Assembly (NCBI GenBank): GCA_030141605.1
Contig: JAQGDQ010000301.1
Span: 62,001 to 126,000 of the forward strand
Source: Tubiluchus corallicola
Taxonomy: Eukaryota > Animalia > Priapulida
Length of the DNA stretch: 64,000 nucleotides
Direction: 5' to 3'
The notes beneath the pieces were generated by a model. That model was not told the origin of the DNA. It worked only from the letters and a program-made list of their open reading frames with translations, and did not search any database. Both the position numbers and the translations under genes were made by a program. Each line of letters starts with the position of its first letter. Position 1 is the first letter of the stretch. Of this stretch, positions 1 through 13,374 are shown one piece after another.

Positions 1-414
1 GTGGAAAAATAGGAGAAAGGACAGATAGTAATACAGAACTGCTGTTCACTGCAGCTTATTATTTAAACGTTAAACATTGCAAACAAAAGATTATAATAAT
101 AAAAAGGTATGAAAATTCAACTTTGCATAAATTGCAAGTACCATAAGTTTTGAAAATAAAACTATTATTCTTTCCAATTAGCAACAAAAATTGACTAGAA
201 AAAAGATAAATAATCAAACATCAATAATCAATGATCAAAAAAGACATTAACCAGTCTTGTTAATTTTGCCACTTTAGCAGGGAAAAGGAAGATGACGGAC
301 GAAACAATTGCATCTTACATGACAGACCTTCAAGGATATTAGAGGTCACATTCTATGTATGACAATGTATATGTGTAATAATGTAATAACACAGGCAATT
401 TTGTTTTGTTGCAG

Positions 415-611
415 GTTGGTGTCATGGTATAACTCACAAGCTTGGAAATACCTTCCTGATGACAGTGACTCCCTTCGCCCCACGAGAAATTCACGACGAT
501 GTCAAACGGAAAATTGCTCAATATCGGAATTGTTTAATGACAAGAAAATTACGCAGTTTGAACAAAAATGCGTGTGTGTTTGATAAAAAGTTTAGAAAAG
601 TTTCATCAAAG
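415..611 (+). CDS. CHST15: Internal exon of a CHST15/GalNAc4S-6ST-like carbohydrate sulfotransferase, containing an apparent +1 frameshift
   Basis: ttgcag|G acceptor and AAG|gtaagc donor. RLVSWYN... (the 3'-PB RLxSxY motif) is in one frame. PREIHDDVKRKIAQYRNCL...ACVF, resembling CHST15 'EDFHEKV...FENC...RACVY', is in the next frame. Removing one C from CCCC at 478-481 joins the two. Confidence 0.7.
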
Positions 612-3578
612 GTAAGCACTTCATTTTTCGTAAGTCGGAGAGGGACGATCCCGTCAATTAGGATTGTTTTGTAGTTTTGTGGCAACAGGCATATGAGAAA
701 CATTTACTATGTAAGCACTCACACATATGGACGTCTTTTACAGGCATAACACACATATATATAATATTGTTCTGGTCAATCTGCTCAGAAACCAGTCTAT
801 TATAAGGCCTTGCGAAATCGCAGTTATCTCTACATTGTGTTTTGTACTTATTTTATAGCAAAAGTTATCAGACAGCCAGCATTTCCATGTTATGCTCGGT
901 GTTATGCATTATGCGTTTCATCTAAAGCAGGGCCGGACTTATGGGGGGGGGGGGAGGTGTACAGAAGGGTTCAGTTTTCTAAGGACTTCTTTTGAATATA
1001 ATGCTTGAATATAAAATTCGTTGTCTTATTAAAATGAATTAACAAAGTGTGTGGGGGCACTAGAAAATAGAAAGGCAGTTTGTCCCCATCCATTTCTAGA
1101 CTGTGCCCTTTTGAATAACTTAGTAAATTACTGAGAAAAAATAGTAAATACATATAGTCATTTAATGATTCTATGATACCATGATGGTGCAAAAAATCAA
1201 TGTGAGGTAACAAGCATTTACTTACACCTAAATAAATATTGTACATAAGATTAACTTATACGAAGCTTGACTACTATTTTGTTTTATTATTTTTACCATG
1301 TTCCCGATAATCATACAATTAAAGGACAATATTTACCTAACGCAGTGCAAGACGCCTGTTTTCAACTTCTCCAGTATAGTGTTATGCACTTTTATTGACT
1401 GAGACTCATTTTAAACTTTAGTTGATGATCATAAATAGAAACAGAAAAACTAAACTTTTATTCTTCCACTCGGCTATTATTTAGTGTGAATACAAGTGTC
1501 TTGTATTGCAGTATAAAAAAACTGTAACTTGACACCGATGTGCATCAAAACACTTTATACCTTTTTTGATCACCAGTAATTGATATCATTATAGCATATC
1601 TGTTACAAACTGAAAATCGAGGTCAAAGTTATTCTTATAGTCACTAAAATTGAGAACAATAAAATCAGAAGTTTTAGACAACAGGTGACTTATTTTTCAT
1701 TTTTTCTCGAAGAAATGCAGTTTGTCATTCATCTTAGTTTATTTGTTGTTTGTCATGTAATTAAATTTTTATGTTGATGAGCCCACGAGCCTGAAGTGTC
1801 TAGTAGAAAAAATCTTCATTTGAACCATAATTATAAACTTGAGAGAAATCAACTTTACTGTGTAGTACAACAACTGAAGACCACGTTCATATGGACCGTA
1901 TTTATGGCCCGAAACAGAGACAATAACAATAAGTATAAGAGCAGGATATAACAACAGGTATAAAACTATAGTAAATGATATTATAGTAAACCATAGATTA
2001 CTGCGCATGAACATTAAGTAGTCATATTCAGTTATTAAAATTTGTGGTAACACATATCATTTATTAGCATAACATAATTTATTATCAAAAAAATTATAAA
2101 TTTACTTGTAAGAAAATGTGAAAATAGGCATTTGTATGTCTTCGACGTACCAAAATCTTAAAGTCAGGCATCTTGATTGGTACAGTTAAAGTTAATTACA
2201 ACTTCATTTTAATGACGTAGCAACTATACATAGCTGCTTAAAGAAATAATGAAACAAGTTTATTAATATCATTTTTTGCAATGTAAAAATAATAACAATA
2301 ATAGTAATAATAATATAACATACGGTAATTACAGTGGTTAAATATTACAATTATGTTAAATTATATTACTTTGTACAGCACACAACGAATTATAGAATTG
2401 CAATTACATTTTCCAACAAATTTGTACTGTAGATCATAGTATTATAATAAAATTACATACCTACACTTAAAGAGAAGCGTTACAATTATAGTAAATAACG
2501 AAAACCTTACACTATTAAATAAAACAACAGGTAAACTCAATTTTGTAAATTTCATTTTATAAAACACTCAGGAATGAACTTTTTCATCTCAAAATCACTA
2601 CCTCATTAACAGCCAACAAAAAATTTTTGTTCGTGGGTAGATTAAGAAAAACACAAAAGTTTTCGCAATAGAACTGAATAAATTTGAACATTGTAATTTT
2701 TACAGTCAAGTACAAAATGAATTTCATCTTTAATTTAGTTCAATCTTAGTACATGATTATGTATAAAAAGAAGATACTTTTATTTTTACATACTTTTGGT
2801 TTTACACAGAGTTAATTGTATACTATTAAACAGATTTGAAAGGGCAGAGCCATACAAACATGAATAAACACTTTTACTAAAAAAGCGCCATACTGGAGTA
2901 GTTCTCGACAGACTAAAGTATTTGTACTGTTCGTTCGCAAACCTTCATATGCAATTCCTGTTTTGCTCTTTCTTGCATTTGTTTTAGTTGAATGAAGTCA
3001 TTAGTGAATTTATTTTCACTAATGCATTAGCACAGTCATTTTCTCCAAAACGTTGGCGCTGACGACTTGTGGAATGTTTCCAGGCACCGTTATTTCCTGC
3101 AGATTTGGCGCATTATCTTTACGACCTGTATCCACCTTACGACCATGTTGGGGGGGGGGGGTAGATAGGTCTACTGCAGCTGTGTGCCACGTTGCAGAGT
3201 TTTTGAGACTGCACGGTGGAAGGTTTAAAGCTGAGTAACAACCAGATACACATGTTGCACAAGTACCTTCAGCTGAATTGCTCCCATTATATAGGCAGAG
3301 GTTTCTGTATGTTTTTAACAAATGTGATAATTTAAACTTGCTCACAACAGACTCATTTAAAGCACAGAATTCATGTTGAAGGGTTTTAATTTTACAGAAA
3401 AAGACGTACTAATATAAATCGGTTCACTGATAATGGGACGTAGATCACTGAGGTCCACAGTCACAAACATAGGTCTGTCTTCCATTATGTTATGAATAAA
3501 TTTAGGAATCGTTAATTTAGTAATTAAAAATGGAATTATCAACTTCATTAGATTATGTTGATAAAACGGATACCTCCT

Positions 3579-4903
3579 TGATTTGATTAAATAAATTTAT
3601 TGGTGGATTATGGGAAGTCACTTAGCTGGTCAGGCACGAGATTTAATGCGAAGCAAATTATTTTCACAGGTGTGTTTTGCGTTTACCAGAGGTAGAACAG
3701 GTGTTCATTTAGAGAAGCGTAAACTCGTTTTTATAACTTTATGTAAGCTTAGATAAAAGCTCAATGTAACATTATGCGGAGTTACCTGTAATTATTAAGA
3801 AATAGCGAGGAGTGGGACTTCTGTGGAAAGAAAGCTTTATGACTCACGCCAAGCTGAGAGGGATCTTTGAGAGCAAGGAGCTCTGAAGGACAGACCTAGC
3901 GTGCAGCGGACTTCTCACGCAAGAAGCAGAGTTATTGAACCACCTGGATGGTCATAAACCTAAAGCCAAGGATGTCACCTCTAACCTATTGCACCATATT
4001 GTGGCTTTAGCGCGAAAATTACGCAAAGCGCAGTTTGGGGATATAAGCCCGTGTCTTGAGAAACACATGGTTAGTTGGGAGACAGTCAATTGCGAGTGGA
4101 GAGCCACATTCAGGGAGAGAGGGAGCCAGAGAGAGAAGCTACTGGAATTCTGACAAGAGCATAGAAGACGTTAGGGCCAGCGTGGACCACCGTTCTACGT
4201 ACTCAGCGAATCTGAGCACTGGATCTGCGAATTAGTCTTGCATCAGAATTAGATTTGACCAAGTACAGCCGTCACGTTGGTCATTCCACCGAGTTAACTA
4301 ATCTTAACATTTTGTAACTTGAGAGTAACTCCGCATAGTAAAGGTTCACAGTGTAGTAAACACCATAAGTGTAACATTCAGATTGATTGTAATTGCATAC
4401 CTCACATTGTAACTAGCACCTTAAGTGCGACGTGCGAAAATAGTTAAGTGAATCTATGTAGTGTCTCTTGGAGCTAAAACATTAGTTGTGAGCGCCGACC
4501 AGCGACTAGGAACTAATCGTGTATAATCATCTAGCTAAGAGTAATTGTTCTAAAACAATAAAAGTGTTCATTTTAACTTAAAGGACTAGTTCATGTATGC
4601 TTATAGGTGTTTAAAGTTAAGCAACATTAAATTTGATAACGAACCTGAGGATTCGCAGTGTACTGATCATTAATTAAATTTATAAAGTTCAGTTGCGGGA
4701 GCTAAGCTAGTAAGCTTTAGAGATAAAGACTTTAATCACAACGCGAAGTCGTAGAATCAGTCTAGAGGGACAAGATTATCGCCCTGTAGACTAATCTTAA
4801 GCTCTAGGAGCCAGGTTATAAATTACCTTGTAGCGATTAATGAGATAAGAATCAATTTGTATGATTAAAGTTCTATGAATCCCGAGCATGCTATACGATC
4901 ACG
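3579..4903 (+). mobile_element. LTR-like element (probable solo LTR) in the sulfotransferase intron; diverged relative of the 30756-33587 copies
   Basis: Starts TG, has GATATAAG (~4040) and AATAAA (4557-4562), and ends ...TACGATCACG. It is colinear throughout with the reverse complement of 30756-32279. No target-site duplication was found. Confidence 0.65.
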
Positions 4904-6037
4904 AGATATAATAATTAACAAGCAATATCTGATACATTAGATCATTATCAGAGAGATTATAACTGAAGTAAGAATAAATATATGTGATTTGTAGACGACC
5001 ATAATAACTGGTACACGTGACCAGGATTATAAGAATCGTACATCATAATTAGCGTAAGTTCTACTATTCACGCAATGCCTGCAATGTAGCAATTGTATAA
5101 TATCATCTGTGTTCATAACGTTTTTCTTATTGTCTATTTTATCAGAAAATCGAGATATTAATAAAGCAATCACCAGCTGGAGTGTTTGTTTTTGATATAT
5201 CATAAATCAAGTGCTTGAGAGCTTTGTGCTTTCTCCATTATAACAATCTATAACCAATTTACACAGATCATCTAGCACAACACCTGAACTCATTTGGTTA
5301 GTGACAAAACACAGAAGTTCATTGCGCACATGCCGTTTCTCTTTAGGCGAATTTTCAATCTGTTTTAAGTATCACCCTCCTCTTCAATCGATATTCAATA
5401 TCAGAAGCACATGGGGTGTTTTTTATATCCCTCATCACACAACATCTTATAATCACGACAAGTAAAGGCGACATTATAATCATAATCATTACCTTACAGT
5501 TTATGCAACTTTTCCGTGTCGTAATGTAATGTAATGTGTTGCCCACTACATATAGTAAATATATGATCGACTGCACATCATACAACTTTGAAAAGTACGC
5601 CTGACTACTTCGGTCAGTGGTCAGCTCCAAACACAGTAAAGACAGATATGGGCTTATAATTGTTCGGGTTTGCATGACTTGTGAATTGGACTCGTTTCAG
5701 TAATTTCTTGTCAGATGGTTTATCTCCATTTTCAAAAGACAATGCAAGTTAGACTGTGTTTCTTCAGCAATAGTTTTTTTGTAATATGGAGTCAGTATAC
5801 ACAGACTTTGCTTGTGGGATAAAGTTTTTGAACTTCAAGTTAAAATATTTTAAAATGTTTTTTCGTTGTTTGTTATTTTCCTCTGTGTCTACATAATGTA
5901 GCCATGCTAGTTTTAAAGTGCACCTGCATACTTACCGTTCGTAGATATTTCTTAATTTTAAATGTTTGTATGCCAAAGAGCATTTTACATGGATTTTAAT
6001 CAAGGAATCTATTATTGCTATTATTATCTTTGTTATA

Positions 6038-6225
<188 letters not shown>

Positions 6226-6226
6226 G

Positions 6227-6380
6227 GACCCAGCAGTTTTTATGGGATGTTACGCAGCATTTCTTGAGAATTATTTACTGGTGTTTCCTAGAGATCAAAT
6301 GCATTTCATTAAATTTGAAGACATGATCACAGATCTGAATACCACAGCTCAACAAATCTACAAGTTTCTTGGACTGAGAG
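6227..6380 (+). CDS. CHST15: CHST15-like sulfotransferase exon
   Basis: tattag|GAC...GAG|gtaata. It encodes DPAVFMGCYAAFLENYLLVFPRDQMHFIKFEDMITDLNTTAQQIYKFLGLR, matching the 'GLYAVYLLDWLSVF...RLED...VFQFLNL' block. Phase 0 fits the upstream donor. Confidence 0.88.
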
Positions 6381-6692
6381 GTAATAATTTTTGTAGGCTT
6401 CCGATTTTTACTATATTGCAATAAATTTAAGTAGTGCTGTTGGTCGCTATGGCTCACAGACCATTATTCAATGAACAACAGATTTGTGTATCTTGTCACA
6501 CAGCTGATGCGTGGTAGCTTGTGATATCATCTCACTGCCTGAAATCTATTTTTTTTATTTTTTTCATCTTAATAGCGTGGAGTAGCGCTGTAATATAAAA
6601 GTATTGCTGTTTTTTTAAATGTAAAATGTACTGTTACATTTATTATGTCCTGCTTCGTTATTATGGCTGTCATGTTTTGTATATTTCTTTAG

Positions 6693-6844
6693 ATTATCCT
6701 GTGAGCAAAATTAGATCAAATACGTCATACAAGAAGATGAAAATGCTAAATATTACCAAGCAATCACTTAATGAATTCTATTCTCCTTTTAATGAAGCTT
6801 TAGCTGAGTTACTGGGCAGTGACAAATGGCTTTGGAAGGATTGA
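6693..6844 (+). CDS. CHST15: CHST15-like sulfotransferase terminal exon
   Basis: ctttag| phase-1 acceptor. It encodes ...KMLNITKQSLNEFYSPFNEALAELLGSDKWLWKD*, the typical C-terminus (LxxFYxPFNxxLAxxL..W). Confidence 0.88.
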
Positions 6845-6910
6845 AAATGCTCACAGGAAGGTAACTTCGGTATTATTTTGCATCATAATTGGTGCAGCAA
6901 TATATATACA

Positions 6911-6968
6911 ACACACACACACATGCACATGCATACGCACACGCACACGCACACGCGCACGCGCACGC

Positions 6969-7001
<33 letters not shown>
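6911..7001. repeat. Imperfect (CA)n/(CACG)n microsatellite
   Basis: Directly visible. Confidence 0.97.
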
Positions 7002-7002
<1 letters not shown>

Positions 7003-7349
7003 CATCTGTATAAAATCAAAATACTCTCCTTGACTTGACAAGTGTCGTAGATGTATTTTATTAAAAGTTAAAATGAATAGTAAAAACATGTTATTATTTT
7101 TATTTAAACATTCACCTTTAAAAATCAAGTAAACATCTAAAAATCCAATAAGCAAAAACAGTAGCATACCTAACATGTGAGCAAGGAAAGCAAATTCAAA
7201 AATTGGCATCTTTTCAACAACTTGCTAAATTACTTTGTTTGATCAACCTGCCTTCCGTGTTTTTAAAATGAGTGTGCATTTTATGTAAAACTCATTTGTA
7301 AAGTTTGACCAGGTAACAACAGGTTTGACCAGGTTTCAGCACTTCCGGT

Positions 7350-7600
7350 GAAAAACTGAAAGCCTATAATTACCTTTATCAGTAATATTATTACTTTTGC
7401 CTATGTCATGTTGAACTACAACTGACAACTTAGACGCACCTGGTAAAAAGCAGTGAGTGAGGCACTAACTGTATAATAACAATAGATGAAGTGACAATAT
7501 ATGTGACCATTTATTAAAGTGTTCAGCTTGGAGTCCAACAGATCCAATTGATAAGTGAAGCAAAAGACCTAGAAAGACTTAATAAATTTCATTTACAGTG
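7350..7600 (-). mobile_element. Decayed non-LTR retrotransposon RT fragment
   Basis: Minus strand reads GSVGLQAEHFNKWSHILSLHL...CLTHCFLP...KSNNITDKGNYR, the LINE RT domain 0/1 region (G.DG..AEH...NYRPI), with stops. Confidence 0.65.
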
Positions 7601-8789
7601 AATCGGTTAAAGGCTTAACATTCTCAGCTAGACTTTTCTTCAACTGTTCAGCTAGTTTGCCGTTATTAACAAAATTTAGGAGCCCTACGTAACGCTACGT
7701 AACCCTACGTAAGGTCACAAATGTATTTTTCTCCACAAGTTTTTTCCCACTTGAGGCGGAAGTTCTAATTAATTCTGGTGTTTGTTTCATTTTTGAAAGT
7801 ATTTTAGAATTGTAAAGCATCTAATTACCAACATTTTCCAGCAGAGTGCTACAGTGCTTTTAGATATCAATTAATGCAATTGGTGCTTTTGTATGCGATA
7901 AATGTTTTCTCAGATGATACGTATATTAACTACAATCTTAATTCAGATAAAAGGTAGTACTTAACTGCAAAATGTCATTAATATCATCAGATGATGGTTC
8001 TACTCAAGGTCTTTCTCAATGGTTGTCAAACGCAACGATGAAAAGAACTGCTCTACTCTTTTGGTATATATGAGTCACCACATTGTTGTTATTTACTAGA
8101 TTACTTATTAAGTGAATAATTACGCATTTTATTTAAAACATAATATTGTCAGCAACAATATTTTGTTGGTTCCTTTTATGCTGAAACTGACCACTGTCTC
8201 ATTGGCATTACACTTTGGCCAAAGCCTATATTAAGAAAAATTAACCTAGAATATTTGTATCTTTCAGCCACAAAATCGCTCCACCCACGTATTTGTCTAA
8301 GTTCATCTTTAATGTCTTTACCATAATCTGTATGGGCGTATCCAGGAATACAACGCATCGCAGTTTTGAACAATGGGTTCTTCCCAAATCAATTAATAAA
8401 TAAATAATAATATTATTTTTTTCAAACATACATCAGCAACAACATGTTTTTATTATAAAACAATAACACAATTTTATGTAACGCAAACTGGAGTATTAAA
8501 AGGCAGTCATTTTTTGTAGTAAAACAACAGTAAGACCTATTAACTTAATTAAAGTACGTGCTTGGCACTAAAGTTGGAAGGTGTTGGAACAAATGGAAGA
8601 GATGCTGCTTTGGTAAATTTTCATACGCCGTGTAATAATTATTATGATGCCAATTGCACTAGACAGTTTGAAGATGTCTCAGTGTTCAAAGTTTAATCAT
8701 AATAATGACGATTGGGATTTTTGGCTATTTTCATGTTGAAAAGTACAGAGTATCTAAAAATCAGGGTTTGTAAACAGGGCACATTAGCA

Positions 8790-9790
8790 CCCCTATTTAT
8801 AATGTATTCCTGACTGCCTCTAAGGCTTTTGGCCAAGTAAACTTTATCAAATTGTTTAGCTTGTTGTAAAAAAGTATTCTTTTTTCAATAGTGTACGTAC
8901 GTTGCTAAACATGTATAATTGTATGTCGAACAAAGAGAATGTAAAATGGGATTATCAAATGTCAAACGCTTTTACTGTGTCAAATTGGGTGTGGCAAGGT
9001 GCTGCTCATTCTCCCACCCTTATCGGGGTATATTTAGATGATCTGCTGGTAAAACTTGAAGAGTCCGGCTGCGGTTGCTACAAAGTCAACGTTTACACTG
9101 GCTCAGTCAGCTAGTTTGACGATTTAACAATTTTAGCGCCTAGCGCAAAGGCATTGCAAAAGTTGCTCCTAATCTGTGAAGAATATGCCAATGAGAACGA
9201 CATCAATTTTGTTAATATACAGAGCAATAAAATTAAAACTGAATGTATTAGATTTACTCCATTTAAAGAAAAAAATTGTCATATCCATGCATAATGCTTT
9301 GCGGCACCTCTATGACCTGGTGTGACACGGTCGTTCATCTTGGTCTTACTTTATCCTTTGACCTCTCTGACGATAATGATACTTTATATGAAAGAAAAGA
9401 TTTTGTGTATCGTGCAAATAGCATTATTTGTGACTGTGGTTTTGTAAAGAGTCAAATCAAAACAAAAATTTTCACGAGTTATTGTCACAGTTCCTATGGA
9501 AGCCAAGCATATCGTCAAGATAATTGTATTTATCGATATTTCCTGCAATTTTGGCTTGCGTAAGTTGTGACTCCCATATCTAGCACACACTTATATATTA
9601 CCTTATGTTGCCAATAATTGTACATCCAAGTCAACAGTTTGTCAAGCGCTTTACAATTGTGACAATTAATTACTATTTTAATTGTAAACAAAGTAGTAAC
9701 GCTATTGTTAAATTTGTGGCACAACAAGCTCTGTTTACTGTTAATCAGCAATGGGTTTTAATTTACGTTTCGCGTTGACTTGTAGTATTT
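8790..9790 (+). mobile_element. Decayed LINE (L2/CR1/RTE-X-like group) reverse transcriptase and C-terminal region
   Basis: ASKAFGQVN (cf. LDASKAFDRV), VWQGAAHSPTL..VYLDDL (cf. GVRQG..LSP), FDDLTILAPS (cf. YADD), HLG and SYCHSSYG, with stops and frameshifts. Confidence 0.9.
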
Positions 9791-10289
9791 ATCAAATGGA
9801 AAAAATGCATATAATATTTTGGCAGGGAGACAGTGTGGAAAAAAGGCTTTTTAGGAAGCCAACAGGTAATTGTTAATGCGACTAGAAACTGAATCTAAAT
9901 GCTTAGAATGTAATGATTTTAGTTTTTTTAAACACAGCACAGCTGCAATCAATTCTAAATTACATTTTTACATGTTAATTAGCAAGAAATTGTACTGCTT
10001 ATAGATTTTGTCGGAAATACTAGGCCCGTTAAAAACTTTTTTACTGTCGTTATGTTGTTTTTGTTACTTCTCGTGTAAATAATCTTGACTGATAAAACGT
10101 TTTATGAATTATTTCTGTAAAATTTATTTGAAAAATGATGTTAATAATAAAGTGGCTTTGAATTGTATTCTAACATTATTTAGGTCTCCTATATTTTTTG
10201 TAATGAAATATGAACCTGATTATAACCTGATATATGAACCTGAAGTAAGTATCATACTCGAATTGGAAATGACGCCAGGACTGCACTTT

Positions 10290-10540
10290 TACCACTATAT
10301 TTAGTGTCGTTACCAAAATTTGTGCAACTGATGATCTAGATTACAAGGTTTTTTAAATACATTTTGTAGTAGATATGATTTTAAAGGTGACTAAATCCGG
10401 CGTTCCAATTCATATGGTATCAAAAACATTTGTGCAGTGATAGGTTAAGTGAACTCAAACGTAAATCAATTGATTCACATTCATTATGGAAAAGTGATGG
10501 TTAGCCAAGAACTGGTTATATTAATGCTGAAAGGTTATGA
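10290..10540 (+). mobile_element. Decayed LINE ORF2 linker fragment
   Basis: SDRLSELKRKSIDSHSLWKSDG*PRTG resembles the conserved 'L..LK..S..AH.LW...G.PR.G' segment also seen near 20050 (NGKPRSG). Confidence 0.55.
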
Positions 10541-10599
10541 AGTAGAAACAAGCTACTAATGGAACAAATAGAAATTGTGATCTGCATTCAGCAAACTAA

Positions 10600-11400
10600 C
10601 GTCTTTATTGCAAACTAATAGGCACAAATGTGAACAGTTTGGGAGGACTTGGAAAAATAAGTTTGTTTCTCAGACTAAAGTTTTTATGAACAAATTGAAC
10701 AATTCTGTAGATTATGTCACAAACAAATTTAAGGCTGGTTTCGAGAGAGTTTTTGGCCCAGACACTAAACAATTAAAAGGTGAATTAAAACCTAGCTTTT
10801 AAACTATTAGTACATATAAAAAGCAATAAGAGTTTATAGAACCTGCGGATGAGGTTTGGAATTTTTGCCAAAAAGTGGATTGGGATGAATTGATTGGTAC
10901 TTAGAACTTTGAATTTTTATCGAAAACGCTTTATATGTACCACCAGAAACATAAAATCAAGCCAAAAACGCCTAATTTTGTTACGACAAATTCAACTTGT
11001 TTTCAACTTTGTCTGAGAAAATTGAATTTTTGTAAAATAAGCAGTTGGACAAAATTTGTGCGACAGAATGTCTTGAATTCAATTACTTACGTTTTTCAAT
11101 GGTTTTATTTACAATGACAATGAAACAAGAGTCATTAGTACATGCTTGTTAATAAAGACTTACTGGTCTATTATAAGAGACCTACGTTTTAGTAAAGAGA
11201 AAAGAAATTTCAATATCACTAAATTACATGATTACATATGAAAGACGCCCAATTCTGGCTAATTACAGCTATACTAAAGACTTGAATGGCAATAACATGG
11301 GTACGATGCAAATTTAATGGTATGTTTATATATAGGAACCATTTGCAATGGCAGATCAATGCCAACAGGGCAAAAACACTTTAGCTCATGATGTGCTATA
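10600..11400 (+). pseudogene. Relic of a Polinton/Maverick-adintovirus-type protein-primed family B DNA polymerase
   Basis: 11299-11370 reads GYDAN(LMV)CLYIGTICNGRSMPTG, like pPolB motif A (GYDANxLY...MPxG). It is preceded in frame by SIIRDLRFSKEKRNFNITKL, like the 'SIxGG...F.R.....TKI' block. Many stops are present. Confidence 0.55.
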
Positions 11401-11559
11401 ATAGCATAATTCTCGACAGTCGGTAAGCAAACAAAAAATTTAAGTAAACAAAAAAAAGGAAGCAACTCATTAATTAGACCGGGCCTAAGTTAACTAATTG
11501 TTGCATCTAAAAACGAGGACTGGTTTGAATTAAAAAGAATTAAAGATAATAATAATGAT

Positions 11560-12340
11560 TAGCCAAACATGCAAAAAAATTGCATATAAACCCACAATGA
11601 CAAACAACACCACACCCAGCACACCATACAACCCTAATCACATCACATCCTCCATGCTACACCAACACCACCACACCATACAGCTCCACCACTCTGCCGA
11701 TGCCACACAGCTCTGCTAAATGGACAGTGCGTCATCATCAGTAGAATGGGGCGCAGAATGTTGAAAGGAGCAGAGACGAGAAGACGGGTACGCGATTAAC
11801 TGGACAAACTGGACGGAAGGAAGTCTGCCAGCAATGTCATCGTCCCCACCTCCGTCCCTCCGAGTAAAAGCAGATGCGAGAGAGGGACACAAATGGACAT
11901 CTTTCGAGAGGATGAGGAAGAGGAGGAGAAAGATGAAGAAGAAGAAGACAAACTCGTAATTTCGATGATGCCCCCTCTATCACCATCGATGATTGTCACC
12001 CCCACTGCGCCCTCTGCCCCCAAAAAACCTAGAAATGTGAAAGAATGGCTCATCAAGTAACTAGTTGTCGATTGAGAACAACAACAACAACAACAACAAT
12101 ACTATTGTTCTTCTTCTCTTGCAGGATAATAAACAACCGCTGCAGGATTTCAAACAACCTCTAACCACTGTTCCTCGCAAGCAACAACAGGGGACGCGCG
12201 TTGGCAAGCATGCACGCAAGCGCGGCCCCCGCAAGGTTTAAAGAAATACAACTTCGAAAAAATCAAGTCTCTGAAATTTGTAAACAATCGCAAGCAAATC
12301 GTCACCAAAGAAAAACTCATTCAATACGCTTGTTTTTAGC
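11560..12340 (+). pseudogene. Decayed GC-richer ORF with acidic, proline-rich and basic low-complexity segments, possibly virus-derived
   Basis: Composition shifts relative to the flanks. It reads ...MDIFREDEEEEEKDEEEEDKLVISMMPPLSPS...APKKPRNVKEWL* and then GKHARKRGPRK / GLKKYNFEKIKSLKF...YACF*. Confidence 0.35.
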
Positions 12341-13374
12341 ATCTCTGCTAGAATACATGAAAATGTTTAAACAGTAGTCGGGGTTAAATTTCTGAAAAGC
12401 TTTGGCAGCGAAAATTGGTTTGGCAGGAAATTCAATATGATACCAATTTAAATAGTGAGCATATTACATCATTGACCTGACTCAACTGTTATCCTGATAT
12501 TAGCGGTGTAAAGTTTATTTTTTACAACAGTGAACTGTTGAAGATTAGAAGCCACGCTGTAGCATATGTAGGTACTAAACTATGAGCTTGACCTAATTTG
12601 CTGTTGACACTGATTGCAGAACAACTACTGCTATGTTGTTGAAAAACTTTAGGCCTGCTGTGTGGAAACACAGTCTGGAAAGATGGAACTTTCACAGAAA
12701 GCAGATAATAATAGTGATGCAAATCTTAGGTAAAGAATAAAACACTTAGTCGAAAACCCTGGGAAAAAACAACTGAATTAATAAAATAATATAACGATTT
12801 AATGAATATCTCAAAATACATTGCAAGACAAATAGTAATAATAAAGATTAAGCCGGCTAAGAAAAGAGCAATGTAACGTTTTTCATCAGTCCTATCTCGG
12901 CATCATCAAGCTTCTTTTCTCCATCCAGCGTCATCTCTCTCTGACTCCTCACCAGTGGGTTCCGTCAAGAAATGGTGCACCATAGTACGGTTGGCCTGAT
13001 TACTTCTTCATCTAACCCATTACGTGAACGACGTCTCTATACGTTGACGACTCCTGATGACGTCATTCGCACACATATACTCGTCACAAGGTAAGGATCA
13101 CCAATTTCGCAATCACAGCATTGAAGCACCAAAGACAGTAACATCAATATCAGGTAAACACGGGTGTGTATCATCAGCAGCAGCAAATATCACCAACAAC
13201 TGGTAAATATAATCTTTTCTGCAGCGTCAGGAAAACGTTTTCAGCAGTACGTATCATCTCTGTCTGCAGAACATACAATATAAAATAATATAAATGACTT
13301 GCATGTACATTTAACAAAAACCACGTAAATTATACATTAGGTTACATTAAATGAACTGTAGCATTAAGCTGTAA

